Shown one piece after another: positions 26,768 to 34,544 of a DNA stretch of 52,633 bases. A program made the position numbers and the translations under genes. The DNA comes from Candidatus Jorgensenbacteria bacterium RIFCSPLOWO2_01_FULL_45_25b (GTDB lineage Bacteria > Patescibacteriota > Minisyncoccia > UBA6257 > GWB1-50-10), in NCBI GenBank assembly GCA_001781035.1, contig MFKK01000034.1:1-52633 (forward strand), in the 5' to 3' direction. Within the stretch, counting starts at the first letter, position 1; each line of letters opens with the position of its first letter. The notes under the pieces were generated by a model. The model was not told the DNA's origin. It ran no database searches and worked only from the letters and a program-made list of their open reading frames with translations.

Positions 26768-26802
26768 AATGTTTAAAAAAAATTCTATATATGTTTGTAT
26801 TA

Positions 26803-27405
26803 TTATCTGCGAGCGTAGAATTCGCCGACCAGGCTTACGTCAAACGGCGATGACGCCTTATCTATTTCCGGTTTCGCGACTATCTCTCCCTCATGATTTG
26901 ACGTACGACGCAACCACTTGGGTTCCGTGTATTGCTTAAGATATGTTTCTATGTCTTCAAACATCTTAAGCTTTCGGGATTCTTCTCTGATTCCGACCTT
27001 GTTTCCTATGCTTGTTATGTATGACGAAACAGTCACTTTTTTCTTGTTTACCGTAATGTGTCCGTGAGAAACGAGCTGGCGCGCGACTCTCGTGGATTTC
27101 GCGAATCCGAAAAGAAAGACTACCCTGTCAAGCCGTTTCTCAAGTGCCTCCATGATTTCTTCGCGCTCATTTGATTTAAATATGTTCGTCATTTGACGGT
27201 TGGTGAGCCCGTAGGTAATTTGAAGTTTTTGTTTTTCCTGGAATTGGCGCCCGAACTCCGAGAGCTGTTTTTTGCGTTTTGCTCCGTGTACTCCCGGCGC
27301 GTGAGGTCTGCGAATCATCGCGCATTTCGGTGAATTGCAACGATCCGCTTTCAAAAAGAGTTTTGTTCCAAGCGCGCGTTCTTTTTTTTCTTTTACATTT
27401 CGCAT
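26803..27405 (-). CDS. rpsD: 30S ribosomal protein S4
   Basis: 'ERRLD.VVF..GFA.T...ARQLV.HGHI.VN' is the S4 domain. The operon position fits. Confidence 0.9.
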   Translation of the reverse strand: MRNVKEKKERALGTKLFLKADRCNSPKCAMIRRPHAPGVHGAKRKKQLSEFGRQFQEKQKLQITYGLTNRQMTNIFKSNEREEIMEALEKRLDRVVFLFGFAKSTRVARQLVSHGHITVNKKKVTVSSYITSIGNKVGIREESRKLKMFEDIETYLKQYTEPKWLRRTSNHEGEIVAKPEIDKASSPFDVSLVGEFYARR

Positions 27406-27440
27406 ATCAACGAATAACGAATTAGTTACGAATAAGCGAA
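27406..27440. repeat. ACGAATA-family repeat filling the rpsK / rpsD spacer
   Basis: The sequence is 'atcaacgaataacgaattagttacgaataagcgaattag'. Confidence 0.7.
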
Positions 27441-27896
27441 TTAGACGCGACGAGGTTTTTTTTGTCTCGGGCCGTTATGCGGAATCGGTGTTATATCTTT
27501 TAAGAGGCTGATTTGGAAGCCCTTGCTCGCGAGCGCCCGAATTGCCGAATCTCTTCCGCTCCCAACTCCTTTTACGTATACCTCCACGTTTATGGGGCCT
27601 GTTTTTTGGGTTTTTTCCGCGATTGCTTCGGCTACTTTTGAGGCGGCAAACGGAGTTGCTTTTTTTGGTCCCGAGAAGCCGAGCGATCCCGCGGACATCC
27701 ACGTTACAACGTTCCCCTTCTCATCCGTTACCGTCATCATGGTGTTATTGTATGTTGCCTGGACGTAAATTTTTCCTCTGTCGTGCTTTCTTTTTCCGCT
27801 TTGTTTTTCCTTTTCAGCAGTAATGACACCCTCAACGGTTTCCCGTTCTTTTATCAGCTCCTCATTTGTTTTTTTTATGACTCGTTTCTTACCCAT
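27441..27896 (-). CDS. rpsK: 30S ribosomal protein S11
   Basis: The S11 core 'YVQATYNNTMMTVTD..GN...W.SAGS.GF.G.KK.TPFAA' is present, with a basic N-terminal extension. Confidence 0.9.
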   Translation of the reverse strand: MGKKRVIKKTNEELIKERETVEGVITAEKEKQSGKRKHDRGKIYVQATYNNTMMTVTDEKGNVVTWMSAGSLGFSGPKKATPFAASKVAEAIAEKTQKTGPINVEVYVKGVGSGRDSAIRALASKGFQISLLKDITPIPHNGPRQKKPRRV

Positions 27897-28009
27897 AATT
27901 AGGCTTTAGGCTCTAGGCAACTAGGCTTTAGGCTTTAGGCTTTAGGCTTTAGGCTTTAGAAGCCGTACGCCTAGTCCCTAACGCCTAGCGCCTAACGCCT
28001 AGCGCCTTT
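27897..28009. repeat. TAGGCTT-family heptamer hairpin filling the rpsM / rpsK spacer
   Basis: 'taggctttaggctctaggcaactaggc(tttaggc)x4' is followed by the inverted arm 'gcctagtccctaacgcctagcgcctaacgcctagcgcc'. Confidence 0.85.
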
Positions 28010-28393
28010 TTATTTTAATCCTACTTTTTTCTTTCCGCTTCCGGCTGTTTTTCTTACGTTTCCCCGAACTGTTCTTGAATTTGTTTTTGTTCGCTGGCCT
28101 CGGGAGGGCAAATTTCTCATGTGCCGTATTCCGCGATATGCTTTTATGTCTTTTAATCTCGCGATGTTGTTTTTTTTAACTTGCCTTAACTCTCCTTCAA
28201 TCGTGTGGTTTTTCGCGAGCATCCCCGCGATGTTACTTATTTCGTCTCCTGTCAATTCTTTTGCCCGCTTTTTTATATCAATACCTGTTTCTTTGATAAT
28301 TTTTTTCGCGGACATCAAACCAATGCCATATATATATGTAAGCGCGATTTCTACTTTTTTTTCATCCGGAATGTCTATGCCTTGAATTCTCAT
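28010..28393 (-). CDS. rpsM: 30S ribosomal protein S13
   Basis: The motifs 'RI.G.DIP..K....ALT.IYGIG' and 'YRG.RH...LP.RGQRT.TN.RT' are present. Confidence 0.9.
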   Translation of the reverse strand: MRIQGIDIPDEKKVEIALTYIYGIGLMSAKKIIKETGIDIKKRAKELTGDEISNIAGMLAKNHTIEGELRQVKKNNIARLKDIKAYRGIRHMRNLPSRGQRTKTNSRTVRGNVRKTAGSGKKKVGLK

Positions 28394-28394
28394 A

Positions 28395-28511
28395 TTATCC
28401 TTGTCGTTGTTTGTGTTTTGGATTTTTTTTACAAATAATCCGCACCCGCTTTTTTCTGCGGACTGTCTTGCAATCTTTACAAATTGTTTTTACGGATGCT
28501 CGTACCTTCAT
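28395..28511 (-). CDS. rpmJ: 50S ribosomal protein L36 (not in the ORF track; 38 aa)
   Basis: Manual translation of the minus strand gives [38 protein letters not shown]. This is the L36 signature, in the expected position between infA and rpsM. Confidence 0.9.
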   Translation of the reverse strand: MKVRASVKTICKDCKTVRRKKRVRIICKKNPKHKQRQG

Positions 28512-28614
28512 TAGTTAGGCTTTAGGCTCTAGGCTCTAGGCAACTAGGCTTTAGGCTCTAGGCTTTAGAAGCCGTACGCCTATAGTCCCTAACGCCTAGC
28601 GCTTAACGCCTTTT
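28512..28614. repeat. TAGGCTT-family heptamer hairpin filling the infA / rpmJ spacer
   Basis: 'taggctttaggctctaggctctaggcaactaggctttaggctctaggctttagaagcc' is followed by 'gcctatagtccctaacgcctagcgcttaacgcc'. Confidence 0.85.
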
Positions 28615-28839
28615 TTAAAAACGACGGATGATGCGGCCCCGGATGTCGTTTATGTTTGACATTTCTACGGCAACCGTATCCCCTGCCACAATTCGGATTT
28701 TGTGGATTTTCATCTTGCCACCAAGGTGCGCAAGAATTTGCTTTTGCCCCTCCTTGGTCCGCAATGTTACCCTAAAAAGAAGCCCCGGAAGAGCTTCTTC
28801 CACGATTCCTTCTACTTTAATCGCCGACGTATTTTTCAT
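28615..28839 (-). CDS. infA: Translation initiation factor IF-1
   Basis: The 74-aa S1-like OB protein 'VEG.V.EALP...FRV.L..G....AH..GKM....IRI..GD.V.VE.S' fits IF-1. Confidence 0.9.
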   Translation of the reverse strand: MKNTSAIKVEGIVEEALPGLLFRVTLRTKEGQKQILAHLGGKMKIHKIRIVAGDTVAVEMSNINDIRGRIIRRF

Positions 28840-28909
28840 CTTTTAAGAGCTTAGGTATTCTAATGGCTTTCTGTTTTTTCGTCAAGAACTGGAACCTATT
28901 AAGGGGAGG

Positions 28910-30595
28910 CTATTGGACAAGCAGTTTTCCCCTCTCAAATTCTATTACTTCCTTTTCTATTTTTCTGAAAAGAGGCCGTGATTCCTCAATGTTTATTTTT
29001 TGCAGAGCTCTTTTTAACTCGCCTTTTTGAGGCCAAAGCGAGAGAGTTATTCCCGTCATTTTTTCCATTTTTTGACATGTTTCTGGCAGGAGGGGCTTTA
29101 GGAGCGTTTGGACACCCAGAAGAATCATCGCGCAATTTGTCATCGTTTTATGAAAGATGTGGGTCGCGCTGTCCTTTTGTTTCCAGGGTTCGTGCTTGCT
29201 TAAGTATTTATTTCCCTCATCTGAAAGCGCGAGAAGCGTTTCCAGATATTTTTTTCCCTCTCCGTGAAGCATTGCTTCTTTTGCTTCCTCAAGCTTTTTT
29301 TCAACGTGATTTTGAATTTTCTTTTCCACGAGCTTTTCTTGAAACGTCGCGTCTCTCGCGAGCGTAAGAGTGCGATTTATAAAGTTTCCTAGATTTCCGA
29401 TGAGCACGTCGTTGTGTTTGTTTACGAATTCCGCCCAGCTGAAATTCGCGTCTCTTTTTTCCGGCGAGATGCTTGTGAGATAGAAGCGCACGGGATCGTT
29501 CCCGTAGGTTTCCGTGATATATTTTGAATCAATGATAATATTTCTGCTTTTTGAAAATTTTTGTCCTTCAAGGGTAAGAAACTGGTTGATAAAAAGATTG
29601 TCGGGAAGGTGTATGTGTTCGTCGTATCCATAGAGTTCACCCGGCCAAAAAAGCGCGTGGAAGGCAAGGTTGTCCTTTCCCATGAAGTAGGAGTGTTCCG
29701 CCCTCTCGTTACACCAGAAATCTTCCCAGCTTACCTTTTTCCCCTTCTTTGTTTGGTTGTGGCTCCACTCAATTGAGGCGGAGAGATAGCCGATGACCGC
29801 CTCAAACCATACGTATATCCGTTTTTCTTCAATGTGCCGTATTCTTTTGTCTTCTGAAATATCTTTGAGGGGAAGCTCTATGCCCCAATCAAGGTCGCGC
29901 GTTATCGCTCTTGGTTTTAGCCCCTCTTTTAACCAGCCAAAGGCTTCGTTCCACACCCATTCTCGCCACCTCCCCTTTCTTTTTTCCAGATATGACTTGA
30001 GAAAGGGTTCAAATTTTTGCCAGTCAATAAAATAGTGTTCCGTGTCCCGCAATTCCACCTTTTTTCCGTTTTCTTTGCTTTTCGGATTTATTAGTTCTCC
30101 TTGTTCCAGTACTCTTCCGCAGTTTTCGCACTGGTCGCTTCTTGTTCCTTCGTAATCGCAGTGCGGGCAGATTCCCTCAACATATCTGTCGGGAAGGAAT
30201 TTTTTTTCTGCCGGAGAGTAGTATTGAGGGGTCGTTTTTTTTATTACATACCCTTTATTTAAGAGCGCGAGAAAGATTTCCTGCGTTATATTCTTGTGAG
30301 TTTCTGTCGTTGTTTTTGTGTAGAGGTCAAATGAGATTCCCAATTCTTTGAAAAGACTTACGTTTTTCGCGTGATACTCGTCTATGATATCTTTTGGATG
30401 AAGGCCGCGCCTATCCGCTTCAATGGTGATGGGGGTTCCGTAGCAATCGGAGCCGGAGACCATCAACACGTCGTTTCCGAGAAAGCGGTGAAAGCGCGCG
30501 AAGATATCCGCGGGAAAAAGATAGCCAGCCAAGTGTCCGATATGAAGATCACCGTTTACGTACGGCCAGGCTAGTCCGATGAGGATTTTTTTCAT
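28910..30595 (-). CDS. metG: Methionyl-tRNA synthetase
   Basis: Class I motifs 'NGDLHIGH' (HIGH) and 'KFSKS' (KMSKS) are present, together with the zinc knuckle 'CPHC...CENCG'. Confidence 0.9.
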   Translation of the reverse strand: MKKILIGLAWPYVNGDLHIGHLAGYLFPADIFARFHRFLGNDVLMVSGSDCYGTPITIEADRRGLHPKDIIDEYHAKNVSLFKELGISFDLYTKTTTETHKNITQEIFLALLNKGYVIKKTTPQYYSPAEKKFLPDRYVEGICPHCDYEGTRSDQCENCGRVLEQGELINPKSKENGKKVELRDTEHYFIDWQKFEPFLKSYLEKRKGRWREWVWNEAFGWLKEGLKPRAITRDLDWGIELPLKDISEDKRIRHIEEKRIYVWFEAVIGYLSASIEWSHNQTKKGKKVSWEDFWCNERAEHSYFMGKDNLAFHALFWPGELYGYDEHIHLPDNLFINQFLTLEGQKFSKSRNIIIDSKYITETYGNDPVRFYLTSISPEKRDANFSWAEFVNKHNDVLIGNLGNFINRTLTLARDATFQEKLVEKKIQNHVEKKLEEAKEAMLHGEGKKYLETLLALSDEGNKYLSKHEPWKQKDSATHIFHKTMTNCAMILLGVQTLLKPLLPETCQKMEKMTGITLSLWPQKGELKRALQKINIEESRPLFRKIEKEVIEFERGKLLVQ

Positions 30596-30648
30596 GTTTT
30601 TTTGTCAGCTATATTCTTATTGTGAAAGGTTTTTTGATTTTACGCAAC

Positions 30649-30819
30649 CAAAAAACCGCCCTGAAGCGATTTTTTGAGGCCCTACTCGTAGATGGCTTCC
30701 CGGCTAGTATCCAGGTGGATTCCCGCAGTCGTAAGTTCCCGGACGAACCAGCGAACTTGCGACTATGTAAGGATTCCTTTGTAAACCATTTAATCCGGAA
30801 AATCTGACAGAGTAGGGTT
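30649..30819 (-). promoter_or_regulatory. Structured ~170-nt leader or small RNA immediately upstream of metG
   Basis: An extended -10 'TGgTATAAT' (complement of 30826-30834) precedes an RNA whose ends pair (CCCUACUC / GAGUAGGG). Further helices follow: GUCAGAU/AUCUAC, UUUUCCGG/CCGGGAAG, and GUCGCAAGUUC/GAACUUACGAC. It ends in the hairpin 'AAAAAAUCGC UUCAGG GCGGUUUUUU', 45 nt before the metG ATG. Strand call: two G-U pairs favour minus and one favours plus. Confidence 0.35.
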
Positions 30820-30840
30820 ACTTTTATTATACCATGTTGC

Positions 30841-31914
30841 TTATGTGGGAAGTATCGCGACAAGCTGTTTGATAAGAGAGAGCACAATCGCGGATGGCAG
30901 GAGGCTGTAAGACGGGACTCTTTCATCGTCTTGTATCACCCAGGGTTCTTGAATTGTTGTGACGGAGTTTGTTTTTTCATCTATTTCGTAGCGATACGCC
31001 GGGGTAAGCTCGTATTCATCCACATTGTTTTTTGCTTCGGAAACGGGAAGCGCGTTTCGGAGATAGATTTTCGGCACGCCTTCCAGCCTCAAAAGCGTTT
31101 TCATCACCTCCTTATCGGCTTCAATTCTTTCCCGCAAAGGTTCTATTCCGAGCTTATCCCCCTCTTTTCCGACGAGACGCGCTTTTTTGCATTCAGCGTT
31201 ATCGCAGATAAGATATATTTCTTTTTTTTCTGCGTCGTATTTTACTTCTTTTGTTTTTAAAAGTTTTATGCTTCTTGGCGTCTGGCACACCGGGCAAACC
31301 ACGCGATATTTCATTCGCTCGTCTATCACGCTTTCGGGAACATCTATGAAGGTGAAGAAGTCCTGGTCGTCGCGATATCCCATGAGCGCTCGGAAAAATA
31401 AGGAGTAGGATATTTGGTCAAGACTTCTCGGAAAGCCGTCAATAAATATCGCTTTCTTTTCGGAGCCCGCGATTTCCCGTTCCACGAGGGTGAGTATGAT
31501 TTCCGTCGGAAGGAGGGTTGTGGTGTTTCTTCCGAGGAGCGCGTCAATCGCGTCGTTTAGCGGAACGAGTCCCCGATAATTTTTTTTCAGATACTCAAGC
31601 AGTTCCGCTTTTTTTGCTTCATCTTTAAAGTCTTTGTGTATGCTTCGGACGATATCCCCAACCGATATGTGGCGGACGTGTTTTTCGCCTACGGCTTCTT
31701 TAAATAATTTGCAGTAGGTTCCCTTTCCCGAGTTTTTCGGGCCTAAAAGAAAGCCCACGAAGGTATTTTTTTCAAGATATGTTTTCAGCTTTTCAATTTC
31801 TTCGCCCGCTTTCGCTTCAAAGTATTTTTTTCGTTCCACGGGGTCGTCAAGATGAAACGTTTGCGTAACGCCTGGTGTTTTTGTTTTGAATATGGGAAAT
31901 TCGTAATTTTTCAT
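30841..31914 (-). CDS. Adenylate-kinase-family protein (long form with N- and C-terminal extensions)
   Basis: The P-loop 'GPKNSGKGT', 'ISVGDIVR', 'IDGFPRSLDQ' and the Cys4 lid 'CPVCQT...CDNAEC' are present. Confidence 0.7.
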   Translation of the reverse strand: MKNYEFPIFKTKTPGVTQTFHLDDPVERKKYFEAKAGEEIEKLKTYLEKNTFVGFLLGPKNSGKGTYCKLFKEAVGEKHVRHISVGDIVRSIHKDFKDEAKKAELLEYLKKNYRGLVPLNDAIDALLGRNTTTLLPTEIILTLVEREIAGSEKKAIFIDGFPRSLDQISYSLFFRALMGYRDDQDFFTFIDVPESVIDERMKYRVVCPVCQTPRSIKLLKTKEVKYDAEKKEIYLICDNAECKKARLVGKEGDKLGIEPLRERIEADKEVMKTLLRLEGVPKIYLRNALPVSEAKNNVDEYELTPAYRYEIDEKTNSVTTIQEPWVIQDDERVPSYSLLPSAIVLSLIKQLVAILPT

Positions 31915-31922
31915 ATCTTTCG

Positions 31923-31951
31923 TATTATGCAGAATTTTTCCGACCCGTCAA
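31923..31951 (-). promoter_or_regulatory. Sigma-70-type promoter for the adk-like gene, implying a (near-)leaderless mRNA
   Basis: On the minus strand: TTGACG, a 17-nt spacer ending in TGc, then ATAATA. The ATG follows 8 nt after the -10 hexamer. Confidence 0.45.
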
Positions 31952-31960
31952 TGCCTCGCG

Positions 31961-32106
31961 CTAAAAACCCGTTGCGGTTTTTGAATGGATTCTAAGGCCG
32001 TTTTTGCACGTTCCCGTCTTCGGCGGGGCAAAACGGCCGAAGCTTCGGAGTGAGTCCGTCAGCTGACGGACAAGCGAGAATGAGCGAGGAAGTCGTAACG
32101 GGGTCT
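31961..32106 (-). ncRNA. Candidate structured RNA module X (copy 2) in the aspS 3' region
   Basis: The minus strand reads 'GACCCCGUUACGACUUCCUCGCUCAUUCUCGCUUGUCCGUCAGCUGACGGAC..CCGAAGCUUCGG CCGUUUUGCCCCGCCGAAGACGGG..GCAAAAACGGCC'. It shares blocks and stems with 14974-15200. Confidence 0.3.
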
Positions 32107-32113
32107 CCTTCGC

Positions 32114-33523
32114 TTATTTATTTGTTTTGATGTGAAGTTCTTTTAACTGCGTATCTGATACGTCGGAAGGGCTATTCATAAGCAAGTCACGGCCATCGCC
32201 GGTTTTGGGGAAGGCGAATACTTCGCGAATTGTTGATTCGTTTTGAAGAATCGCGACGAAGCGGTCAAGTCCCATTGCGAATCCGCCGTGCGGAGGCACG
32301 CCGTATTCAAATGCTTCCAGTATGTGCCCGAATTTATCCTTAATATCCTCTTTTTTGTTTCCCATGACCTCAAAGACGCGCGAGAGAAGATTCGGGTCGT
32401 GAATGCGGATGGAGCCTCCCGCGATTTCATAGCCGTTTAAGACGATATCGTATTGGAAGGCGAGCATCGCACTCGGGTCTTTTTTGAACTGCTTTTCAAA
32501 GTCCTCAATGTCTTTTACCTGTGGCATGGTAAAGGGGTGGTGGACGGCGTCCCATCTTTTTTCGGATTCCTTCCATTCAAATACCGGAAAATCCACCACG
32601 AACACGAATGCCAGTTCGTTCGGGTCGTTTTTGTCCTTGCGAATGTCCGGTCTGTCTGTGTTGTAAGTTTTCGTTGCTTCCTTGTATGTCATACGAGGAA
32701 CATTTCCGTTTTCGTCCAAGGTTGAGATGTGTTTTTCGGGATATAACGTTTTTGCGACAGTGAGGCAGGTTTTTTGAATGAGAGCGAGTATTTCTTCCTG
32801 GTCGGTGAAGCTTATTTCAACGTCCAGCTGGGTAAATTCAGGCTGTCTATCCCCTCTTGTGTCTTCGTCGCGGAAACAGCGGACAATCTGAAAGTATTTT
32901 TCAAAGCCCGCGACCATGAGGAGTTGTTTATATTGTTGGGGCGATTGGGGCAGGGCGTAAAATTTTCCCGGGTGAAGGCGGGCGGGTACGAGATAGTCGC
33001 GCGCGCCTTCGGGAGTTGATTTTGAAATATATGGCGTTTCTACTTCAAAGAAACCGTCTTCGGTAAAGGTATCGCGAATGAGTTTTTCTATGTTTGCCCG
33101 CATACGAAGGTTTTCTTGCATGCGCGGACGGCGAAGGTCAAGGTAGCGATATTTCATTCTATGCTCCTCGCCGATTTCTTTGCCGTCCGTTGTAACGTCA
33201 AAAGGGGGTGTTTTTGATTCGGCGTATATTTCAAGACTTGTGGCTTGAATTTCGTGCGTGCCGGAGGGCATTTCCGTGTTTATTAGTTTTTCAGGTCGTT
33301 TGACAGATACACCTTTTATTTCCACCACCCATTCGGGGCGAAGCGTGTCCGCTTTTTTCAGCGCTTCGGCGTGCTCTGGCGAGAATACGATTTGAACAAG
33401 GCCTTCTTTGTCGCGAAGGTCTATGAAGATGAGTTTGCCATGATCGCGACGGGAGTTTACCCAGCCTTTTAGAATTACTTCCTTACCCTCTTCTTTTTTG
33501 ATGTCTTTTGAGTAGGTTCTCAT
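32114..33523 (-). CDS. aspS: Aspartyl-tRNA synthetase (compact form without the GAD insertion)
   Basis: An OB-fold N-terminus is present, with class II motifs 'FRDEDTRGDRQPEFTQLD' and 'GGFAMGLDR'. Confidence 0.9.
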   Translation of the reverse strand: MRTYSKDIKKEEGKEVILKGWVNSRRDHGKLIFIDLRDKEGLVQIVFSPEHAEALKKADTLRPEWVVEIKGVSVKRPEKLINTEMPSGTHEIQATSLEIYAESKTPPFDVTTDGKEIGEEHRMKYRYLDLRRPRMQENLRMRANIEKLIRDTFTEDGFFEVETPYISKSTPEGARDYLVPARLHPGKFYALPQSPQQYKQLLMVAGFEKYFQIVRCFRDEDTRGDRQPEFTQLDVEISFTDQEEILALIQKTCLTVAKTLYPEKHISTLDENGNVPRMTYKEATKTYNTDRPDIRKDKNDPNELAFVFVVDFPVFEWKESEKRWDAVHHPFTMPQVKDIEDFEKQFKKDPSAMLAFQYDIVLNGYEIAGGSIRIHDPNLLSRVFEVMGNKKEDIKDKFGHILEAFEYGVPPHGGFAMGLDRFVAILQNESTIREVFAFPKTGDGRDLLMNSPSDVSDTQLKELHIKTNK

Positions 33524-33600
33524 ATTATCTCGCCGAATAACGAATTTTGTACGAATGAACGAATTTGTTTACTCGTATTTTATTTGTGTCATTAACTAGC
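33524..33600. repeat. ACGAATA-family repeat immediately upstream of aspS
   Basis: The sequence is 'tatctcgccgaataacgaattttgtacgaatgaacgaatttgtttactcgtatttta'. Its first ~25 nt match the element upstream of rplQ. Confidence 0.7.
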
Positions 33601-33638
33601 TTATAGTTTTTTGTTTTTCGGCGCAAGGGTTTATTATT

Positions 33639-34544
33639 TCATTTTATGGTTTTGATTGTTAAGATTTTTCCGTTGGTTGTGATTTGAATCGTGCCATCGC
33701 GGTCGGTGCGGTAGATTTTTGCTCCGATTTCTTCCAGACGCTTCAGTGTTTGCGGTGTTGGATGGCCGTAAGTATTTTTTCCCACTTCTATGATTGCTAT
33801 TTTAGGACTTACCGCTTTTAGGAACTCTTTGGTTGAGGAGAAGCGCGAACCGTGGTGCGGAACCTTCAATATATCAATATTTGGGAGTTCGGCTTCCAAA
33901 TATTGGAGGAGGAGCTTTTCGGTTGTCGCGCCCGCGTCGCCAGTGAAGAGCGCGCCCACTCCTTTGCTTTTGAGTTGTAATACCAGCGATGATTCGTTTA
34001 TGTCTTTTATTTTTCCCGTGGAATTTGCCGGTGGATGAAGAACCGTTATGACGCTTTCTTTGTATTTTATTTTATCCCCTTTTGTTATCGCGATATTTGG
34101 TATGTTTTCTTTTTTCGCGGTTTTGACGAAAGTTTGATATATAGATGTTTCGCTTGTTTCTCCATTTGATAGAATTGCTCCTACTTTGTACCGCTTCATC
34201 ACTTCGGGCAGTCCGCCCATGTGGTCAAGCTGGAAGTGTGAGGGCGAGACGATGTCTATGGTTCTTTGAAAGGGCGAGAGGATTTTTGAGAGCTCTTCCA
34301 GCGCCTTTTTGTTTGGAGGCCCCGCGTCTATCAGGATGCTTGCTCCGCCGGGAAGGAGGATGAGTTCACTGTCTCCTTGTCCGACGTTTAGGAAGTAAAG
34401 ACGAAGAAGGTTGTTTTCTTTTCTTTCCTTTATAAGGTTTCCGTATAGGAGGAAGGTAAGAAGGAGGACAGAGCAGATTAGTATACCTGTTTCTGTTTTT
34501 CGTTTTTGTATTTTTTTCTGAATCACGTTTAAGATTTCTTCCAT
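33639..34544 (-). CDS. Metallo-beta-lactamase-fold protein (ComEC C-terminal-domain-like) with its own N-terminal TM
   Basis: 'SHFQLDHMGG' is the H-x-H-x-D-H-type MBL motif, and 'HHGS' is also present. The gene overlaps the end of the ComEC channel gene by 16 nt. Confidence 0.8.
   Translation of the reverse strand: MEEILNVIQKKIQKRKTETGILICSVLLLTFLLYGNLIKERKENNLLRLYFLNVGQGDSELILLPGGASILIDAGPPNKKALEELSKILSPFQRTIDIVSPSHFQLDHMGGLPEVMKRYKVGAILSNGETSETSIYQTFVKTAKKENIPNIAITKGDKIKYKESVITVLHPPANSTGKIKDINESSLVLQLKSKGVGALFTGDAGATTEKLLLQYLEAELPNIDILKVPHHGSRFSSTKEFLKAVSPKIAIIEVGKNTYGHPTPQTLKRLEEIGAKIYRTDRDGTIQITTNGKILTIKTIK

Noticed and set aside
27897-28009. The heptamer arrays, here and at 28512-28614, 37834-37903 and 25357-25545, considered as CRISPR arrays.
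   Set aside because: The repeat unit is only 7 nt with no unique spacers. The arms are inverted copies of each other. No cas genes are present.
30649-30819. The metG-upstream RNA considered as SRP (4.5S) RNA or a canonical T-box.
   Set aside because: It has no GNRA-capped helix 8 with the 'GGAA...AGCAGC' loops. It has no 'AGGGUGGUACCGCG' T-box sequence and no stem I distal motifs. It is kept only as an unclassified leader or small RNA.
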